Shown in pieces: positions 14,503 through 24,567 of a stretch of 64,000 nucleotides of DNA (the stretch's first letter is position 1; every line of letters begins with the position of its first letter). This stretch comes from a virus (lineage: Duplodnaviria > Heunggongvirae > Uroviricota > Caudoviricetes), in the IMG/VR virus record IMGVR_UViG_3300037851_000461, positions 59,219 through 123,218 of that record; one strand, given 5' to 3'. The notes under the pieces are model-generated. The model searched no databases, was not told where the DNA came from, and was given only the letters and a program-made list of their open reading frames with translations. Both the position numbers and the translations under genes were made by a program.

Positions 14503-16125
14503 TTAGAGCCCATCCGTATCTGGTTCAGTATTAGCATGATACGGAATGTTATTTTTCGCTGCTATCTGTCTCCATGCCTTCTCCAACTTCGACAAAACGT
14601 CATATTCCTTGTCGGAAAGGTTGTTAACGCTGCCCTTTTTCTTTACCAGTTCAAGCATCTGACGGAGGTATCGACGAATCATCTTCTCCTTATCATTAAG
14701 CACGATTTCGGAATCTCCCGATGGAAGACGCTTCTTTTCTACTCCGGGTGCCTTCAAATCCTTTGCCGGTGTGCCAGCCATTTGACCAGAGCCACCTTGA
14801 AATACAAGTTGCACTCCGTTGTCTGGCTTTCTATATGCCACCATTGTCCATCCACCGTCGCTCTTGTAGACCACACGATTTCTCTTTTGTGCTACCGCTG
14901 GAAGAATCATGAAGTAGTTGACCCACTGAAGAAATCTCTTCGGCTGTTCGATGATCTGTGATGAGAGGTATCTAAACTCCACTGTGCCTCGCTCAAAGAA
15001 TGAACCGATGTTCGTTCCCATGAATTTGCCAGATAGAACGTTGATTAGTTTCTGAAACTGGTCTTCATTCAAATCCATCGACTTTCCGATTATGGGAATG
15101 TTTCTGCCCGGAGGTACGGGAGATTTCTTGATGAGGAATTTGATGATCTGTTCGTAGAATGCATTTCGCAACGCGGCCCACTGCTCGAAATTTCTCTTCG
15201 GTCCTGCATCAACTTTGATCGCAGATTCGTCAACGAGTGTAATCATAGCAAGCAAATCGAAGTAATCGAAGTCGGCGGGTAGACCGATGTGAACGTGTGC
15301 ACTTGTATTTCCCGAGGTTTGATATCCGTTGTAGGCTATCATGTTCATGAATCTCTCCATGAGGTTGAAATCCTTCTTCTCCAAGTGAGGAGTTCGGATT
15401 TCCACATTATCACCATCTTCACCTACACCCCATTCAGTTTTAGAGGCTTGACCGGAGTTGCTTACTCTCTGTTGGTCGTTCTTCAACCATCTTGTGATTT
15501 CAGTTCTTATCGAAATTGAGTTGTTATCGTTGGAATCTCCGTCCGAAATCTCATTATACAAATGCTGCGTGTCATGAACGTATCTGGTGATTTCCTCTCG
15601 ATTCTGAAGTTCGTTGACATACTCTTCTTTGTAGTTGTTCGATCCGTTTCGATCCCAATTACGATACTCCCACTCAATGTCAGACTTTGAATCCGACCAT
15701 TTCGACATTGCGTCTTCATATGCTTCTGCGTCTTCGAAGTCGCTTTCATCGGGCTCGGGGTTGTTTTCCAACCACGTGTCTACGTCAATGGGTCCGTGAG
15801 CATCATTCCACATATTTCCGTATGACCTACGATTGTCATTCTCACGCGTTTCTTTCAACCATTCATCGTAATCCCATTGGAACGACTGCTTATCACCAAA
15901 TCGTTCAATGTATCGCAACAGGGTGTATGCGTCAGCATTGGCGATTGCATCGGTAAGGGTTCCATCATCCGGCCCCATGTTCTCCGGTGTCAGTTCTATC
16001 TCAACACCAAATGTGCCCGGTCCGTATGTTTGTTCCGGTCCGTGTTTTTTCAACATGCCTGCTTCCACATCGGGCGCTTTGGCAAACGGAACAACTTCGT
16101 TGACTTTTTTTATAGGTTGGGGCAC
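14503..16125 (-). CDS. glutamine-synthetase-like amidoligase (Amidoligase_2-type), 540 aa
   Basis: Motifs GVEIELTPE, TSAHVHIGL and GTVEFRYLSSQ typical of GS-fold amidoligases; GTG start. Confidence 0.6.
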   Translation of the reverse strand: MPQPIKKVNEVVPFAKAPDVEAGMLKKHGPEQTYGPGTFGVEIELTPENMGPDDGTLTDAIANADAYTLLRYIERFGDKQSFQWDYDEWLKETRENDNRRSYGNMWNDAHGPIDVDTWLENNPEPDESDFEDAEAYEDAMSKWSDSKSDIEWEYRNWDRNGSNNYKEEYVNELQNREEITRYVHDTQHLYNEISDGDSNDNNSISIRTEITRWLKNDQQRVSNSGQASKTEWGVGEDGDNVEIRTPHLEKKDFNLMERFMNMIAYNGYQTSGNTSAHVHIGLPADFDYFDLLAMITLVDESAIKVDAGPKRNFEQWAALRNAFYEQIIKFLIKKSPVPPGRNIPIIGKSMDLNEDQFQKLINVLSGKFMGTNIGSFFERGTVEFRYLSSQIIEQPKRFLQWVNYFMILPAVAQKRNRVVYKSDGGWTMVAYRKPDNGVQLVFQGGSGQMAGTPAKDLKAPGVEKKRLPSGDSEIVLNDKEKMIRRYLRQMLELVKKKGSVNNLSDKEYDVLSKLEKAWRQIAAKNNIPYHANTEPDTDGL

Positions 16126-16138
16126 AACCTATAAATAT

Positions 16139-16348
16139 TCACTTGTAAACGATTTCCACCGAACCACGCTTCACATATTGAAGCCAATCGGATCGATCAC
16201 CGGCAGTAATCGCAAGAAACAAGTTTGCCATGGCTATTTCTTTAGTCTTTCCATCGCCACAAGGAGGCGATCCCGGCAAATCCAAACAATCGGCACGATA
16301 CATCACACCGGTTTCCCGGGTACGGTATTTTTCAATTTGGATTTTCAC
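16139..16348 (-). CDS. HicB-like (UPF0150) small protein, 69 aa
   Basis: YRADCLDLPGSPPCGDGKTKEIAMANLFLAI matches the HicB/UPF0150 core pattern. Confidence 0.5.
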   Translation of the reverse strand: MKIQIEKYRTRETGVMYRADCLDLPGSPPCGDGKTKEIAMANLFLAITAGDRSDWLQYVKRGSVEIVYK

Positions 16349-16754
16349 TCTTCTGTCTTTCCCGTGCGGCGTGATACCACTTGTAGTTAGTCAGAAGCAT
16401 CTTGATGTTCTCTCTTCCAATAGGATTCATTGAGTGAACATTGAAATCGGGGAGAGCCAATTGCCGGTCATCACAATAATGAACTAACCACTTGGCTGCA
16501 TCCATACCCGTTTTCTCTTTGTACGATTCGTAGGGGATTGTGCGGGGGTTGGTGGTGCCTCCCTTGGGTTCGTTAAAGGGATAGTGCTCGTCGGCTAGAT
16601 CGTGGTCAAACGACACGATTTCGGGAAGACCGTTCTCTGTGATGATCTGAACAAATTGTGCATAGTTTCGGGCAATCTTCCACTGTGCGTCAAATGTGAG
16701 AGGAAACACAACTGACGGTCTGCGCACATCATCTAAAAATAGCATGTAGCTCAT
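16332..16754 (-). CDS. hypothetical protein (140 aa from ATG at 16754); ATGA overlap with the upstream gene stop
   Basis: N-terminal MLFLDDVRRPS; ORF-track start extended to 16805. Confidence 0.45.
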   Translation of the reverse strand: MSYMLFLDDVRRPSVVFPLTFDAQWKIARNYAQFVQIITENGLPEIVSFDHDLADEHYPFNEPKGGTTNPRTIPYESYKEKTGMDAAKWLVHYCDDRQLALPDFNVHSMNPIGRENIKMLLTNYKWYHAARERQKSENPN

Positions 16755-17266
16755 ACAGGATAGTCGGGATGAACTTCCTTGAGAGCACGGTCGATTTCCG
16801 CCCAATCAGTCTTCCAATTGAATCCTGCCTTGTCGTCAAGGAGGATGTTGAAGTAAAACTTTCTCTCGAAGTCGCAGAGTTCCGTGTTCGGGCACTCCGG
16901 ATTCTCGTTCACGTAGTCGAACTTGATGCCTTCGCTTTCAAGCCACTTCAGGATATCCGCCACCGGCTCTTCATGGCTGCTCGTCCAGAGAATCAGCCCG
17001 GAATCTTCGCGTCGAAGACCATCAGCCTCGCCGGTCAGAAAGCGTAGAACGCGACCGGCATAGGGTGCCAACTTGCGACCTTCATTGAACTTGCTGTAAG
17101 TGCCCTCGATGATAACATCGTGTAAGTCGATGCACCAGAACAAGGTCTTCCAGCCGCGAACGTTCTTCTGCTCGTAAGTTCTCTTGATTAGATCGTAGTA
17201 TGTGCTCATGTGGGTAGATTGCCGTCGTTTTTCTATTCTGTCAAGCGATTTCTTCAATCGCTCCAC
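16751..17266 (-). CDS. putative HAD-like hydrolase (divergent); ATG at 17209, GTG at 17266
   Basis: CIDLHDVII, LILWTSSH and NILLDDK segments resemble HAD motifs I, II and IV. Confidence 0.4.
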   Translation of the reverse strand: MERLKKSLDRIEKRRQSTHMSTYYDLIKRTYEQKNVRGWKTLFWCIDLHDVIIEGTYSKFNEGRKLAPYAGRVLRFLTGEADGLRREDSGLILWTSSHEEPVADILKWLESEGIKFDYVNENPECPNTELCDFERKFYFNILLDDKAGFNWKTDWAEIDRALKEVHPDYPV

Positions 17267-17453
17267 TATCCAGCCAAAAGTGAAGGGCGGAAATCATCTC
17301 AATGGATTCTTTGCGACTGCCGTCTTTTCCAATGAGCCAAATCGTGTGCTCATTCGCTTCAATGATTGTTCCTTCGCCATACATGAAGGATTGTGAATCC
17401 TGCGGAGTCAAAAAAGTGAGGAGAATCTTGCCGATTACTTTGTATCTTTTCAT
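17241..17453 (-). CDS. small hypothetical protein, 70 aa
   Basis: ORF positioned between the NADAR and HAD-like genes. Confidence 0.3.
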   Translation of the reverse strand: MKRYKVIGKILLTFLTPQDSQSFMYGEGTIIEANEHTIWLIGKDGSRKESIEMISALHFWLDSGAIEEIA

Positions 17454-18004
17454 AGTGGTGTCAGCCCGTTTTCCGGAACATGCTTTACCGAATCTCTGAT
17501 ATACATCAGGATGCTTCCGAGTTTGTTCTGCCCGCCCTTGCGAACGTCAACGCCCCAATAGGTATCGCCCCAATGGTTTGTTTCTTCGAGGTGCTTCTTT
17601 CCGGTTTCAAGGAGTTTCTTGCGAAGGTCATTATTTCGCATGAACTTGTCAAAGACGACATAAAACATTACCGAGTATTTGACCTTATCCCACTCATCGG
17701 CGGTGTATCGCTTAGTGAATCGCTCTTCCTGCCAGAGATTCTTGCTCTCGTATGGAGTACAAAGTTGGAAAGGCTCACGCTGGTCTTCGACGACCTTCGC
17801 TGCTTGATAAGCATTCTCAGAGGAGACGAATCCCAAAAAGTCATAGTGAACTTCGCATACGTGGAAATTGGAGAGCCAGCGGTAATCTCCAAAGAATCCC
17901 TTGATCTGCTTGTCGTCGTGAACGGCATAGGATCGCCAGTCACCTTTCTTGTATGTGCCCTTCGTTCCGTCAACTCCGATTTCGTCGAATAGCCAATCGC
18001 TCAT
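17450..18004 (-). CDS. NADAR (YbiA-like, DUF1768) domain protein
   Basis: FFGDYRWLSNFHVCEVHYDFLGFVSSENAYQAAK...HWGDTYWGVD...NKLGSILMYIR. Confidence 0.75.
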   Translation of the reverse strand: MSDWLFDEIGVDGTKGTYKKGDWRSYAVHDDKQIKGFFGDYRWLSNFHVCEVHYDFLGFVSSENAYQAAKVVEDQREPFQLCTPYESKNLWQEERFTKRYTADEWDKVKYSVMFYVVFDKFMRNNDLRKKLLETGKKHLEETNHWGDTYWGVDVRKGGQNKLGSILMYIRDSVKHVPENGLTPL

Positions 18005-18492
18005 GGTTTGAAAATCTCCTCAAGTTTACGCCAGTGAGAAACCTGAATGCCTTCGTCAAAACGGGTGTGAACGAACACATCCATCTGATTTTCCAGCATG
18101 TCAGAATCGTCATCAATGATGGCGTATTTCTTTACTTCCGGGTGTCTCGACAACCATTCAGCAATCTCGTCGCCACGAACCTTTCCGTCGCAATGGCGAT
18201 AGATATCCTTCGTTCTCCAATCCGGATGGATGTAATTCATCAAGTCATACTGCTCCAGATTCCGGCGAAGGTCGGAGTTGTAATGACACCTCTCCTCTTC
18301 GGTCTTTGCACAATTCAAGTCGGAGAAAAATCTCCACGTTGAAGAAATGACGATCTTAACGTCAAACTCTTCACAAATGCGAGCGATAATTTTCGCACCG
18401 ATGGGATCGAATCCATGCCGGTCTTCCAGACGAGCGAGAAACGTTCTCGTCGTAACCATCACGCCGTCGATATCTAGGAAAATGACATTCAT
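18001..18492 (-). CDS. HAD-family phosphatase
   Basis: Motif I FLDIDGVM and motif IV IIDDDSDM. Confidence 0.7.
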   Translation of the reverse strand: MNVIFLDIDGVMVTTRTFLARLEDRHGFDPIGAKIIARICEEFDVKIVISSTWRFFSDLNCAKTEEERCHYNSDLRRNLEQYDLMNYIHPDWRTKDIYRHCDGKVRGDEIAEWLSRHPEVKKYAIIDDDSDMLENQMDVFVHTRFDEGIQVSHWRKLEEIFKP

Positions 18493-18493
18493 A

Positions 18494-19243
18494 TCAGCAC
18501 CAGTAGGTATAGATCATTGGAACGAGGTTGTTGACTTCCAGAGGGTCTTTGAAAACGTTGAATGTTTTGCAGAACTGACGGATTGAATATGGAACCATGG
18601 GAACCATATCTGTGTAAAGTTGCTCCATCGTAGTAATTCCAGATGCATTCAGGTCTGCAATTGCTTTGTCGTTGAAGATTTCCTCAAGCGTCTTGGTTAA
18701 TCCCTCACGCTTGTACATATCTCTGATGCGGCATATCTCAGTTGAATGATAAATCAACTTTCCATTCTTTCTGTTGACGTATAGAGCATGTGGATAGATG
18801 GGGCAAGGATACCCACTTCCATCCGTGATAATTTCCACATTATCCTTCGGGCATCTTCCCGCCTTGTAGTAATCGATAATATCGTCATGACGATACCAAT
18901 CATCACACTCAATCGGAACGAAAACCAGCGGTGCAAGTCGGCGACCTTCAAAAGCGTATCCAGACATATGAATGACATCGTACACCGTGAGATGTGTCAT
19001 CGGCTTTTTCTGCTCGTACCAACCCGTTCCATTGATTCTCTGAAGAATCATGCTGGCATCCGTTTGTGTAAACGAATCATCATCCTTAGTGGATGCCACC
19101 TTTTCAATGTCGGATTTTAATTCTGGCAAGATATCTCCACGATCCTCGTGCCACAATTTCAGAAATTCGTCAGTGAAACGAGGGTCTTTTTGCTTGACCT
19201 TCTCAAACCCCCAACCCATTGCAATGTTGATTCGTATTCCCAT
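18494..19243 (-). CDS. hypothetical protein, 249 aa
   Basis: Long ORF in the operon; no recognised motif. Confidence 0.45.
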   Translation of the reverse strand: MGIRINIAMGWGFEKVKQKDPRFTDEFLKLWHEDRGDILPELKSDIEKVASTKDDDSFTQTDASMILQRINGTGWYEQKKPMTHLTVYDVIHMSGYAFEGRRLAPLVFVPIECDDWYRHDDIIDYYKAGRCPKDNVEIITDGSGYPCPIYPHALYVNRKNGKLIYHSTEICRIRDMYKREGLTKTLEEIFNDKAIADLNASGITTMEQLYTDMVPMVPYSIRQFCKTFNVFKDPLEVNNLVPMIYTYWC

Positions 19244-19244
19244 G

Positions 19245-19574
19245 TTATTCGGCTGTAATAAATTCAGCGGTTATGGTTGTCTTCCAGTGGTTGTCAACTT
19301 TCACGGTCTCTTCTTTGTACGTTCCCTCGACCCATCGCAATCCGACTTCGTGGAATAGATTGAGGGCAAATTTCTTCGACGATTCGGCAGTTTCTCCAAT
19401 CCCGACAAGATGAATTACCATCGTTCGGCTGGGTACGGTGTGAGTTATGGTCGGAACGGGTTCGTCGGCTCTATGGCGGATTACTCCAACCGTAATAACG
19501 ACGGAAACAACCATCGCTATGGCAAAAAAGACGACTTGTGAAATAAAGGTTCGTGCTTGCATTTTAATCCTCAT
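19245..19574 (-). CDS. small membrane protein (ATG at 19574)
   Basis: Predicted transmembrane segment FISQVVFFAIAMVVSVVITVGVI. Confidence 0.35.
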   Translation of the reverse strand: MRIKMQARTFISQVVFFAIAMVVSVVITVGVIRHRADEPVPTITHTVPSRTMVIHLVGIGETAESSKKFALNLFHEVGLRWVEGTYKEETVKVDNHWKTTITAEFITAE

Positions 19575-20202
19575 GGGAGCACAGGCAATTGTGCTCCGGT
19601 GTTCCACAGATATGGCAGAAGCCAATTGTTTGGCAATGGGTATCTACCTTCCTGACATACCATGTCGGAATGTTGTCTTCAGTTGTTGTTTGAATCTCAG
19701 GCTCGTAGAAGAAATCGCGAACTGCCCGTTCTACTTCAACGAGATTCTTACGAACAAATGAATTCTTGAAATCGTGCCCGGCGATGATGCCACCGACTTC
19801 AATCAATGGCCACCAGTTGAATAGGTCGTTTGCCACCGACCGATAATCGTGTCGGGCATCCAAATAAACAAAACTCAGCGGGGCTCGTGATTGAATGAAG
19901 TGCGTAGCCGTGCACATCGGCGAAAATGTGCGAAGGATGACACTCCGCTTTCCAAATCGGCGAAGTTTCTCTTGTGTGATGGAGTAGCAGCGATTGTGTT
20001 CGGCTTGCTCGACATTGCTCTTATCCATCTTCACTTCAGGCTGATAGGTCCACGGGTCAATGGAAATGAGTTCCCGACCATTCCAGTTGTCAAGGATGTG
20101 CTCCGAGAACGAACCCTCGTGGACGCCGACTTCCACCCCAACACCCGTTAATTCAAGGGAGTTAAGTAGTTGTGGAAAGTCGTTGCGGGTCTTGAGGGTC
20201 AT
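19564..20202 (-). CDS. class I SAM-dependent methyltransferase (TylF/MycF-like) with C-terminal Cys cluster
   Basis: VGVEVGVHEGSFS, FVYLDARHDY, GGIIAGHDF; C-terminal CHICGTPEHNCLC. Confidence 0.6.
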   Translation of the reverse strand: MTLKTRNDFPQLLNSLELTGVGVEVGVHEGSFSEHILDNWNGRELISIDPWTYQPEVKMDKSNVEQAEHNRCYSITQEKLRRFGKRSVILRTFSPMCTATHFIQSRAPLSFVYLDARHDYRSVANDLFNWWPLIEVGGIIAGHDFKNSFVRKNLVEVERAVRDFFYEPEIQTTTEDNIPTWYVRKVDTHCQTIGFCHICGTPEHNCLCSHED

Positions 20203-20489
20203 AGGAGAACTTCTCTGGCTAAATTGATGATATGGTTATAGTCGCCTTCTACGGATTTGTCAACATGACAAATGTAGTAAAACTTTCTCTCTCGGCGTTT
20301 ATCACCAGCCCATACCCCGATGGTTTTGCTTTTGGTCAACCATTTGACCAGCCACGCGCCGTTTACAACTTCATCACCACGAATGAGAAGCGAAATATCC
20401 TTCTTATCCCGAGAACCGAACAATCGCCTTCCAGAAGGATTCTTCCGATCTACTGGAAATCGTGCGTCGGTCTTCATATCAGAGCACAC
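20199..20489 (-). CDS. hypothetical protein, 96 aa
   Basis: ORF in operon. Confidence 0.35.
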   Translation of the reverse strand: MCSDMKTDARFPVDRKNPSGRRLFGSRDKKDISLLIRGDEVVNGAWLVKWLTKSKTIGVWAGDKRRERKFYYICHVDKSVEGDYNHIINLAREVLL

Positions 20490-20836
20490 TCAATGGTGTT
20501 GGCGTCGGTAAGTTTGACCCAAAAGCGACCTTTCCACGTCTTTCCGGTGGCGTCTTCAAAGCGACAATAGAACGTCATGCTGTCGTAATCTTTGCAGCCT
20601 TTCTTGATGTAGATGCGGTCAACCTTGAGAATCGTGCCGAGAGGTAGTGTGCACTTTCCAGCCGGACCGGTCATGAAGTATCCATGCTGTGAAACCATGT
20701 TCTTGGGAACGGTGAACAGTTTGGCATCAACGAGTGCTTCGACAAACTTGTTGTTTCTGTGCTCCAAGTGAACGGTGAATGTCCACGGTGCGGCGAGTTG
20801 GAGTTGTGTTCCGATTGATGGTACGAATAGGTTCAT
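20474..20836 (-). CDS. hypothetical protein, 120 aa
   Basis: ORF in operon. Confidence 0.4.
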   Translation of the reverse strand: MNLFVPSIGTQLQLAAPWTFTVHLEHRNNKFVEALVDAKLFTVPKNMVSQHGYFMTGPAGKCTLPLGTILKVDRIYIKKGCKDYDSMTFYCRFEDATGKTWKGRFWVKLTDANTIECALI

Positions 20837-20844
20837 GGTATTGG

Positions 20845-21420
20845 TTATTTGACTTTGACGAATTGACTCCAGAAATAGATGCTTTCGGCAAATTGTTCTG
20901 CTGTGTAGGCTACTGGAGTTCCGCCTTGCTTGGCAAGAAAATTCCGAGCCATGGTAAGCGGAGACATTGGTTCATTATCCCATGGACCAGCCATGATTGC
21001 GACAATTTCCCAATCACAATCTGTAGAGCGTTCTCCACCATTTTCTAATAGCGTGTCGGCAGAATAAAGCACAACCTTTGCGTGCTTGACCTTGAGGCGC
21101 TTTCCCTGACCGTGAACTTCAATGTATGGGTCTTCGCCTTCCTGCCGGGTGACTACTTTGGCGCGAAGGTGATGTGCATCCGCAACGTTTGACCACGGCG
21201 TTGAGAACTTTCGCAAATCGCTTCTTCCAACCGGAACAACGACAACCTGTGTGCAATCGTTTCTTCCAACACCCGGTTGACGGCAATCCCAATTTTTCTT
21301 GACGATCCGAATCAGTTCTTCGGGCGTTCCTCTGAACTTGCTATGGTTGCCCTTCTTGTTTCTCTTGAGGGCAAATGCTGACCAACCTATCGAGAGATTT
21401 TCTTTTTTGCGTTTTTCCAT
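20845..21420 (-). CDS. hypothetical protein, 191 aa
   Basis: ORF in operon. Confidence 0.45.
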   Translation of the reverse strand: MEKRKKENLSIGWSAFALKRNKKGNHSKFRGTPEELIRIVKKNWDCRQPGVGRNDCTQVVVVPVGRSDLRKFSTPWSNVADAHHLRAKVVTRQEGEDPYIEVHGQGKRLKVKHAKVVLYSADTLLENGGERSTDCDWEIVAIMAGPWDNEPMSPLTMARNFLAKQGGTPVAYTAEQFAESIYFWSQFVKVK

Positions 21421-21502
21421 GTTTCAATGGCACATTGTTGTGCTTCTTTTTTAGTGTGTGTTGTGCCACAGGACGGACATATCACTTTACGAGTTTCAAT
21501 CT

Positions 21503-21889
21503 TCATCGACGCCGAAGGTCTGAGGCATAATCACTGTTGGGGGATGGTTCAACGTACCCGTAGCCCAAATCACCACGAGGAACCCCCTGTGGCATGTCAA
21601 TAGGCGTCAGAACCATCGGTTCATCTTTCTTATCGGGCGGTTGACTTACCCGACTACCATCACGAAACGCCTGTGCGGTCAAATCCTTCATTTGGATAAG
21701 ATCGTCAAGTGATAGGTTGTGATGATTCTCGACGTACGCTTCAATGGCTCCGATCAAATCACAGAGTTCGCAGAGAATAAGCATCTTGGCTCCCTGACTG
21801 CTTGCGTCAGAAAGTTCCATATACTCTTCGTCAATCTTGGAAAGTTCTCCCAAGACGCCTTTTGGAATGTCTCGTGTGTGGTATCCCAT
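21503..21889 (-). CDS. MazG-like nucleotide pyrophosphohydrolase
   Basis: LSKIDEEYMEL...KMLILCELCDLIGAIEAY pattern of the all-alpha NTP-PPase fold. Confidence 0.5.
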   Translation of the reverse strand: MGYHTRDIPKGVLGELSKIDEEYMELSDASSQGAKMLILCELCDLIGAIEAYVENHHNLSLDDLIQMKDLTAQAFRDGSRVSQPPDKKDEPMVLTPIDMPQGVPRGDLGYGYVEPSPNSDYASDLRRR

Positions 21890-21890
21890 G

Positions 21891-22472
21891 TTATTTTTCC
21901 TCTATGCCGAATTTCTGTTTCACCATTGTCAAACGGGGTTCGGCAACGCCCGTGCCATAAATCCAGCGAAGGTGGTCGCACTCACGAATGCCGTAACTTC
22001 CGAGTTCGATTCCCTTGTAAACAATGTCGTATGAATGCTTTTCGACCGGAGTTCGGTCAACCAACAAGTCGGGCGTGTCTTTCGACAATCCCAATGAATC
22101 CAAAAAGAACATGTACGCATGGTGAATCATGTTATGAAGGGATTCTTCGTTGACGACTTGGGTATCGATCAACTCCGTCTTGATGAAATACTTTGTGTGA
22201 AGTGAGTCGAAGTTTTCATGACGGAAGCACGGTGTCGTTGCCTGAAACTTTCCTTTCGGCAGAAACCCCTTCAGGTAGAGATACAGAAATGATTGTTCTG
22301 CCGAAGCAACAAGAACCTTACCATTGTCATGAACAAGTTGAAACTCTCGTGCACCCTTGGGCTTTGTGATATCGGAAACTTCCTTGGTCACCGTCCACGG
22401 GGCTTCGATCCGCTTGAACCCGCACTGCTCGTAATGTCGAATTGCGTCTGATATGGTTTCGTAGTTGATCAT
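21891..22472 (-). CDS. class II aminoacyl-tRNA-synthetase-like / AsnA-like catalytic core (193 aa)
   Basis: Motif-2-like TPCFRHENFDSLHTKYFIKTE and motif-3-like GIELGSYGIRECD. Confidence 0.45.
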   Translation of the reverse strand: MINYETISDAIRHYEQCGFKRIEAPWTVTKEVSDITKPKGAREFQLVHDNGKVLVASAEQSFLYLYLKGFLPKGKFQATTPCFRHENFDSLHTKYFIKTELIDTQVVNEESLHNMIHHAYMFFLDSLGLSKDTPDLLVDRTPVEKHSYDIVYKGIELGSYGIRECDHLRWIYGTGVAEPRLTMVKQKFGIEEK

Positions 22473-23200
22473 ACCGCAGTTTCCTCCAGTTCAACTTTGA
22501 CGTTGTTCTTAATCAGCCGGAATCCTGTGATCTTGCTTATGTTCTTGCGACGACGATCATATTCATACGGAAAGTCGGCATACTTCAATGCACGCTCCTT
22601 CATGAGTGCGATTTGCTCTTCGGTTGGCTTCTTTCCAAAGAAGATAGCGACAGACAAGTATGCAGGATACTTTTCAAATGTCTCTGCCGCTTCCGCTTCA
22701 CGAGCAGCCTTCTCGTGCTTTGCAGCGGCTTCCTGAAGTTTTTCCAGAGTCCAGCCCGCATGTTCATACGCCTTGCGCACAGACTCGTCTTCAAGCCATG
22801 CCTTCAAATAAGTGCACTCGTACGAGTTTCTCTCATTTGCGGCAGCGACTTCACGAAAACTCTTCAGAGCCTTTTCATCTTCCCCGTCTCTGAAATGCTC
22901 TCCATACCCGTGATTGAACCAGCCGGGTGTGGGATAGATGACTGTGGGTCGAAGGCATCCGTTGTCTTCATCCGGCTCTTCGACGACATTCTTCAACGGC
23001 TCGCCCACTTCTTTCTCGAAGTGCTCTGCCATTTCATCACCAACGCCACACTCACCGATATGACCGGTGATATAGGCGCAAAGTTCACGCTCAAAGTTTC
23101 CGGAGTAATCCTCCGTGTCAATGACAAATATCCAAGGTGCTGAGTAGGTCATGTTAGTTTTTGATTGGAAATTGAATTTCGTCGCCACGGATTGAATCAA
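22469..23200 (-). CDS. hypothetical acidic protein, 243 aa
   Basis: ORF in operon. Confidence 0.45.
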   Translation of the reverse strand: MIQSVATKFNFQSKTNMTYSAPWIFVIDTEDYSGNFERELCAYITGHIGECGVGDEMAEHFEKEVGEPLKNVVEEPDEDNGCLRPTVIYPTPGWFNHGYGEHFRDGEDEKALKSFREVAAANERNSYECTYLKAWLEDESVRKAYEHAGWTLEKLQEAAAKHEKAAREAEAAETFEKYPAYLSVAIFFGKKPTEEQIALMKERALKYADFPYEYDRRRKNISKITGFRLIKNNVKVELEETAV

Positions 23201-23450
23201 ATGCGTGGTTGCGAATGTGTTTGCAGGTTCGGTAGTAAACTTGACCGATGAGTAAATTGGTGAATTTTTCGAGCGTGATTTTCTCCGATGCTGTCATGGC
23301 AATGACGATATCACCACGCTTCCAATAAACCAAATCAAATTCATGACCCCAACGAACGTCGGGATTGCTCGAATCCTTGACAATAGCAAAGCCAGCGGAT
23401 TTGAAAAATTTCTCCTGTTGAGCGTTAACCTTGTAGGTTTTCTTCTTCAT
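23154..23450 (-). CDS. hypothetical protein, 98 aa
   Basis: ORF in operon. Confidence 0.35.
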   Translation of the reverse strand: MKKKTYKVNAQQEKFFKSAGFAIVKDSSNPDVRWGHEFDLVYWKRGDIVIAMTASEKITLEKFTNLLIGQVYYRTCKHIRNHAFDSIRGDEIQFPIKN

Positions 23451-23454
23451 GGCA

Positions 23455-24129
23455 TCATTCTCCGTATTTCTTGGCTTCTTCTTCGCCGAAACGGCTCTTG
23501 AGTGAATCTAAATACTTCTGTGTCTTGATCTTACACATCCAAACTCCACCGGCAAAGGCTCCGGATCGCTCCGTTCCCTTGCACAGAACGCCTTCTTTAA
23601 CGTCGTAAACTCCTGCACGAACGTCACTTATGAGTTTGTCGGAGAGGTTTCCAGTGTAAATTACCCTTGGCGTTTTGACAATAGTGGCACATTGCTTGAG
23701 AAACTCTTGTGGCGTCAAAAACTTACTGACCTTGTGCCCTATCATCAAATCGAAAAGAACAAATTCCATAGGGTCTCCAGCGGCGTGTATTCCGGCATAG
23801 GAGTTGGGTCCCAGATACTCCCCGAAGGCTATTGCCTCCCGTTCGTTTCTATAGTCATCCCGAAGGAGTTTTTCCAACGGCTCGCTGAACTGGTTCATGA
23901 AAATATCCACCACCCCACCCAAATGCGGATGGGTCTTGTCAATCAATTGGGTTCGACTGCCAAAGAGGTTCCAGCCCTTCTTGGCGGTGTATTTTACCCG
24001 AATGTTTGACCCGTCGAGTTTATCAAAGGCTATGCACGACTTGCGCGGAGCCTTCGACGAGTTGATAATTGATGGATACTCTTTCACTATGCCAGTTTTA
24101 TTGGAACATGTGTCGAACGTCAAGCCCAA
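23455..24129 (-). CDS. ligase-family nucleotidyltransferase (RNA/DNA ligase adenylyltransferase domain), 224 aa
   Basis: Motif I AFDKLDGSN, motif IV EGVLCK, motif V MCKIKT. Confidence 0.55.
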   Translation of the reverse strand: MGLTFDTCSNKTGIVKEYPSIINSSKAPRKSCIAFDKLDGSNIRVKYTAKKGWNLFGSRTQLIDKTHPHLGGVVDIFMNQFSEPLEKLLRDDYRNEREAIAFGEYLGPNSYAGIHAAGDPMEFVLFDLMIGHKVSKFLTPQEFLKQCATIVKTPRVIYTGNLSDKLISDVRAGVYDVKEGVLCKGTERSGAFAGGVWMCKIKTQKYLDSLKSRFGEEEAKKYGE

Positions 24130-24163
24130 AAACCGGAGGATTCTTTAATGTTCCCGGAAATGG

Positions 24164-24511
24164 TTATGGTGCAACTCCCGCTTCGTAGGAATATTTCCCA
24201 TCCTGCTTCATTTCTTCAACCCACGCAAGATAGGCGGCAGAAGGTTCACCAACAGAGATTCGATCTTCCGGCTTGTGGTTATCCCAACGAGCCTGAACGA
24301 CGACGATTGGCGAACCCTTCAGGATGCGGGCAACTTGATCAAGTGCCCATGCCTTGTGCCACGCTCCATCAAACTGACCATAACGTTCGACGAACACCAT
24401 TGCCCAATCAGCCGGTGTGTATTTTGAATAGACAGGATGGGTTGAAATATCAACGGGAAATACCCCGAGATAGTGCTTTTCCGACTCTGCAATCATTTCC
24501 ATGATGTTCAT
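24164..24511 (-). CDS. hypothetical protein, 115 aa
   Basis: ORF in operon. Confidence 0.4.
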   Translation of the reverse strand: MNIMEMIAESEKHYLGVFPVDISTHPVYSKYTPADWAMVFVERYGQFDGAWHKAWALDQVARILKGSPIVVVQARWDNHKPEDRISVGEPSAAYLAWVEEMKQDGKYSYEAGVAP

Positions 24512-24567
24512 TTTGAAATTGGTAGCGGGAGGGATCGGACCTCCCGCAATTGTTTGTAGTTTACCTT

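Noticed and set aside
16332-16805. Response-regulator receiver or TIR-like assignment for the ORF with N-terminal MLFLDDVRRPS.
   Set aside because: Only a short N-terminal resemblance was seen, with no supporting downstream motifs. It is left as hypothetical.
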